From: Meyerozyma guilliermondii
Taxonomy: Eukaryota
Direction of reading: 5' to 3'
Length of the DNA stretch: 64,000 nucleotides
Assembly: GCA_051546255.1 (NCBI GenBank)
Contig: CP128818.1
Span: forward strand, 1-64,000
A program made the translations under genes and the position numbers. Under the pieces are notes generated by a model that was not told the DNA's origin, did no database searches, and worked only from the letters and a program-made list of their open reading frames with translations. Positions 62,376 through 64,000 of the stretch are shown piece after piece; within the stretch, counting starts at the first letter, position 1; each line of letters starts with the position of its first letter.

Positions 62376-64000
62376 CTAAATATCTACGGGCAACGTTCCC
62401 GCTGAGTATTCCTCGTTCCACGCAGTGAGCGCCTCTTTGAATATCATTCGAAGTCTGTTACTGTTGGTACATGTAGCACGAAACGTCATCATCACTTTCT
62501 GGGCATCTAGAGTCTGATATTTTATGTGCGCATCAGAATCGGGCATGGTACTCAGTATGGAGTTCAATCTCGCCAAGTGGATATTGTTTGGTGCCAAGAA
62601 CAAGTCTCCGTTGTCTCGGAGCTCAACAATATAAGATCCTGTCTTATGAACATACTGAGCATACTTGAAAGATGGGTTTCCCCAACTGTACGTGATTTCT
62701 ACCTGCTCTTTCAGAAAGAATAAAGCCGACCGGTTGTCGAGGAAAAAGTCACATTTCTTGAGGAGAAACACATGGTAGTAAAACTTGTTGTTCTGGAGTA
62801 TATGTTCGTGGGAAAACTCTTGTTCTGTCCATGGATTTATAGCCAATCTGAGGTCCACGAAAGAGTGAAGTGGTGCAACTTTGGGAAAGGTTCGAATTTC
62901 TTTCCACGGAAGCTCCACCAATTTGAGTCCATGGCGCTCACAGAGTCTTGACCAGTTAGTAATAGTATCGTCAATGAGCCTGGCTGTGGTGTTTAGCCAT
63001 TGCAATCTTATATGGTAGCAGTGCTCTGGATTGTGGACTCTATCGTAGTGAACTTTGATAATTTCTGGTCTGAAAGAACGGTTGAGAGGATCCACATTGA
63101 AGTCCACACATCGACTCAAAACGAACTTTGTGGTAGGTGGTTTTTCACTACTGTTTTCCTGTCCGGAATTTGTATGAGGTGACTTTGGGTCGGCAGAAAC
63201 TGAACTTTTTCTGGACTCGGTGGGTGTAGAAGGCTTCTTTTTAAACCACGACTTGTTGCTGCTGGCGGCTCTTGAAGAATGGTCTACGTACCCATCCTCA
63301 AACTCGTAGAAATAGTATCCATCTAAGAAACTGTGCCTGTTTTGCACATGCTTGAACACCCCATTTTTCATCATTTCCTGCCCAAATTTGGTACCTTCTT
63401 CTCTACTATCGATATCGTCCAAATTTTCGATCAACCACGAAACAAGTTGACTTCCCAAAAAACAGTATGGATGTGTAGTAAAGTGCCATGTTCGATCCAC
63501 CAAATTAAGCCCATTGCTTCCCTGTAAAAGCTCTGCAAGGTAGACGAGATCAGTGGACTTATTCAAGCCTTTCACCACCAATTTCCTGGCTCCGCTATAC
63601 TCATTGAGTTCTATATGTCCACTGAGATAATCGTACAAATTTCCCGTGTAAAAATTGATCTCTGGTAAAATTTCTTCCTTCCCACGAGGCTGTTTGTCTG
63701 CTGAATCGATAACTCGTCCTTTTTCAATAAGCGCTATGAGTTTCCGAAGCCCTTCGACTCGGATCTCTTCTTCGGTTAATTTTTCATTTGAGATATAGTA
63801 AGCATTTTTGGGAATGTCTGACGGCATTACCACAAACTTCATCCTGTGGAATCGCTTCATTTCTTGAGGCATAGCATCGTCGTACCCCGCAAGAAGCTGG
63901 TCAAATTGGTTCCAATTAAAACTTGGTGGTTCGGTGTTGATGAAATTGACCAATGAAGGTGAGAAATCGTCAGCGTATCTGGTCCTAATTAATGGCTTAT
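62376..64000 (-). CDS. IML1: Iml1/Sea1 (SEACIT/GATOR1 subunit), 3' part; the gene starts beyond the window
   Basis: DEP domain (DRTWH...CFLGSQLVSWL...H.FLDGYYFY), HYDRVHNPEHCYHIRLQWLNTT. Frame stays open to the window end. Confidence 0.93.
   Translation of the reverse strand, partial: KPLIRTRYADDFSPSLVNFINTEPPSFNWNQFDQLLAGYDDAMPQEMKRFHRMKFVVMPSDIPKNAYYISNEKLTEEEIRVEGLRKLIALIEKGRVIDSADKQPRGKEEILPEINFYTGNLYDYLSGHIELNEYSGARKLVVKGLNKSTDLVYLAELLQGSNGLNLVDRTWHFTTHPYCFLGSQLVSWLIENLDDIDSREEGTKFGQEMMKNGVFKHVQNRHSFLDGYYFYEFEDGYVDHSSRAASSNKSWFKKKPSTPTESRKSSVSADPKSPHTNSGQENSSEKPPTTKFVLSRCVDFNVDPLNRSFRPEIIKVHYDRVHNPEHCYHIRLQWLNTTARLIDDTITNWSRLCERHGLKLVELPWKEIRTFPKVAPLHSFVDLRLAINPWTEQEFSHEHILQNNKFYYHVFLLKKCDFFLDNRSALFFLKEQVEITYSWGNPSFKYAQYVHKTGSYIVELRDNGDLFLAPNNIHLARLNSILSTMPDSDAHIKYQTLDAQKVMMTFRATCTNSNRLRMIFKEALTAWNEEYSAGTLPVDI

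Overview
Left end of a budding-yeast chromosome. The window opens with about 42 copies of the 8-bp telomere unit ACACCAGT (= ACTGGTGT, the Meyerozyma/Candida guilliermondii-type repeat). CTG codons sit at positions where conserved proteins have Ser, so this is a CUG-Ser clade yeast and some L residues in the ORF track are really S. About 0.3-37 kb is an accessory subtelomere. It holds (i) a compact four-gene module of a bacterial-type M19 dipeptidase, an MFS permease, an MlrC/M81 metallopeptidase and a Zn2Cys6 regulator; (ii) an FMO; (iii) a MAL-locus-like triad in which a GH172/DUF2961 glycosidase takes the place of maltase, with an inverted-repeat divergent promoter; (iv) an F-box-like/LRR gene, its stop-disrupted paralogue and probable older relics around an Ada/AraC-type gene; (v) three secreted aspartic proteases plus a truncated fourth; (vi) DUF1772, Op4-like, cupin and FMO genes. 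From about 37 kb it is dense core genome: GATase, TIM8, TTI2, an intron-joined pseudouridine glycosidase-kinase, AIM18, PSA1, MCH1, FBP1, SEC61, two MNN4-like genes, MGM101, a complex I subunit, TOM20, EXG2, HOM6 and the 3' part of IML1. The best candidates for an undescribed system are the GH172 MAL-like locus and the dipeptidase/MlrC module. All family assignments come from motif recognition, not database searches.
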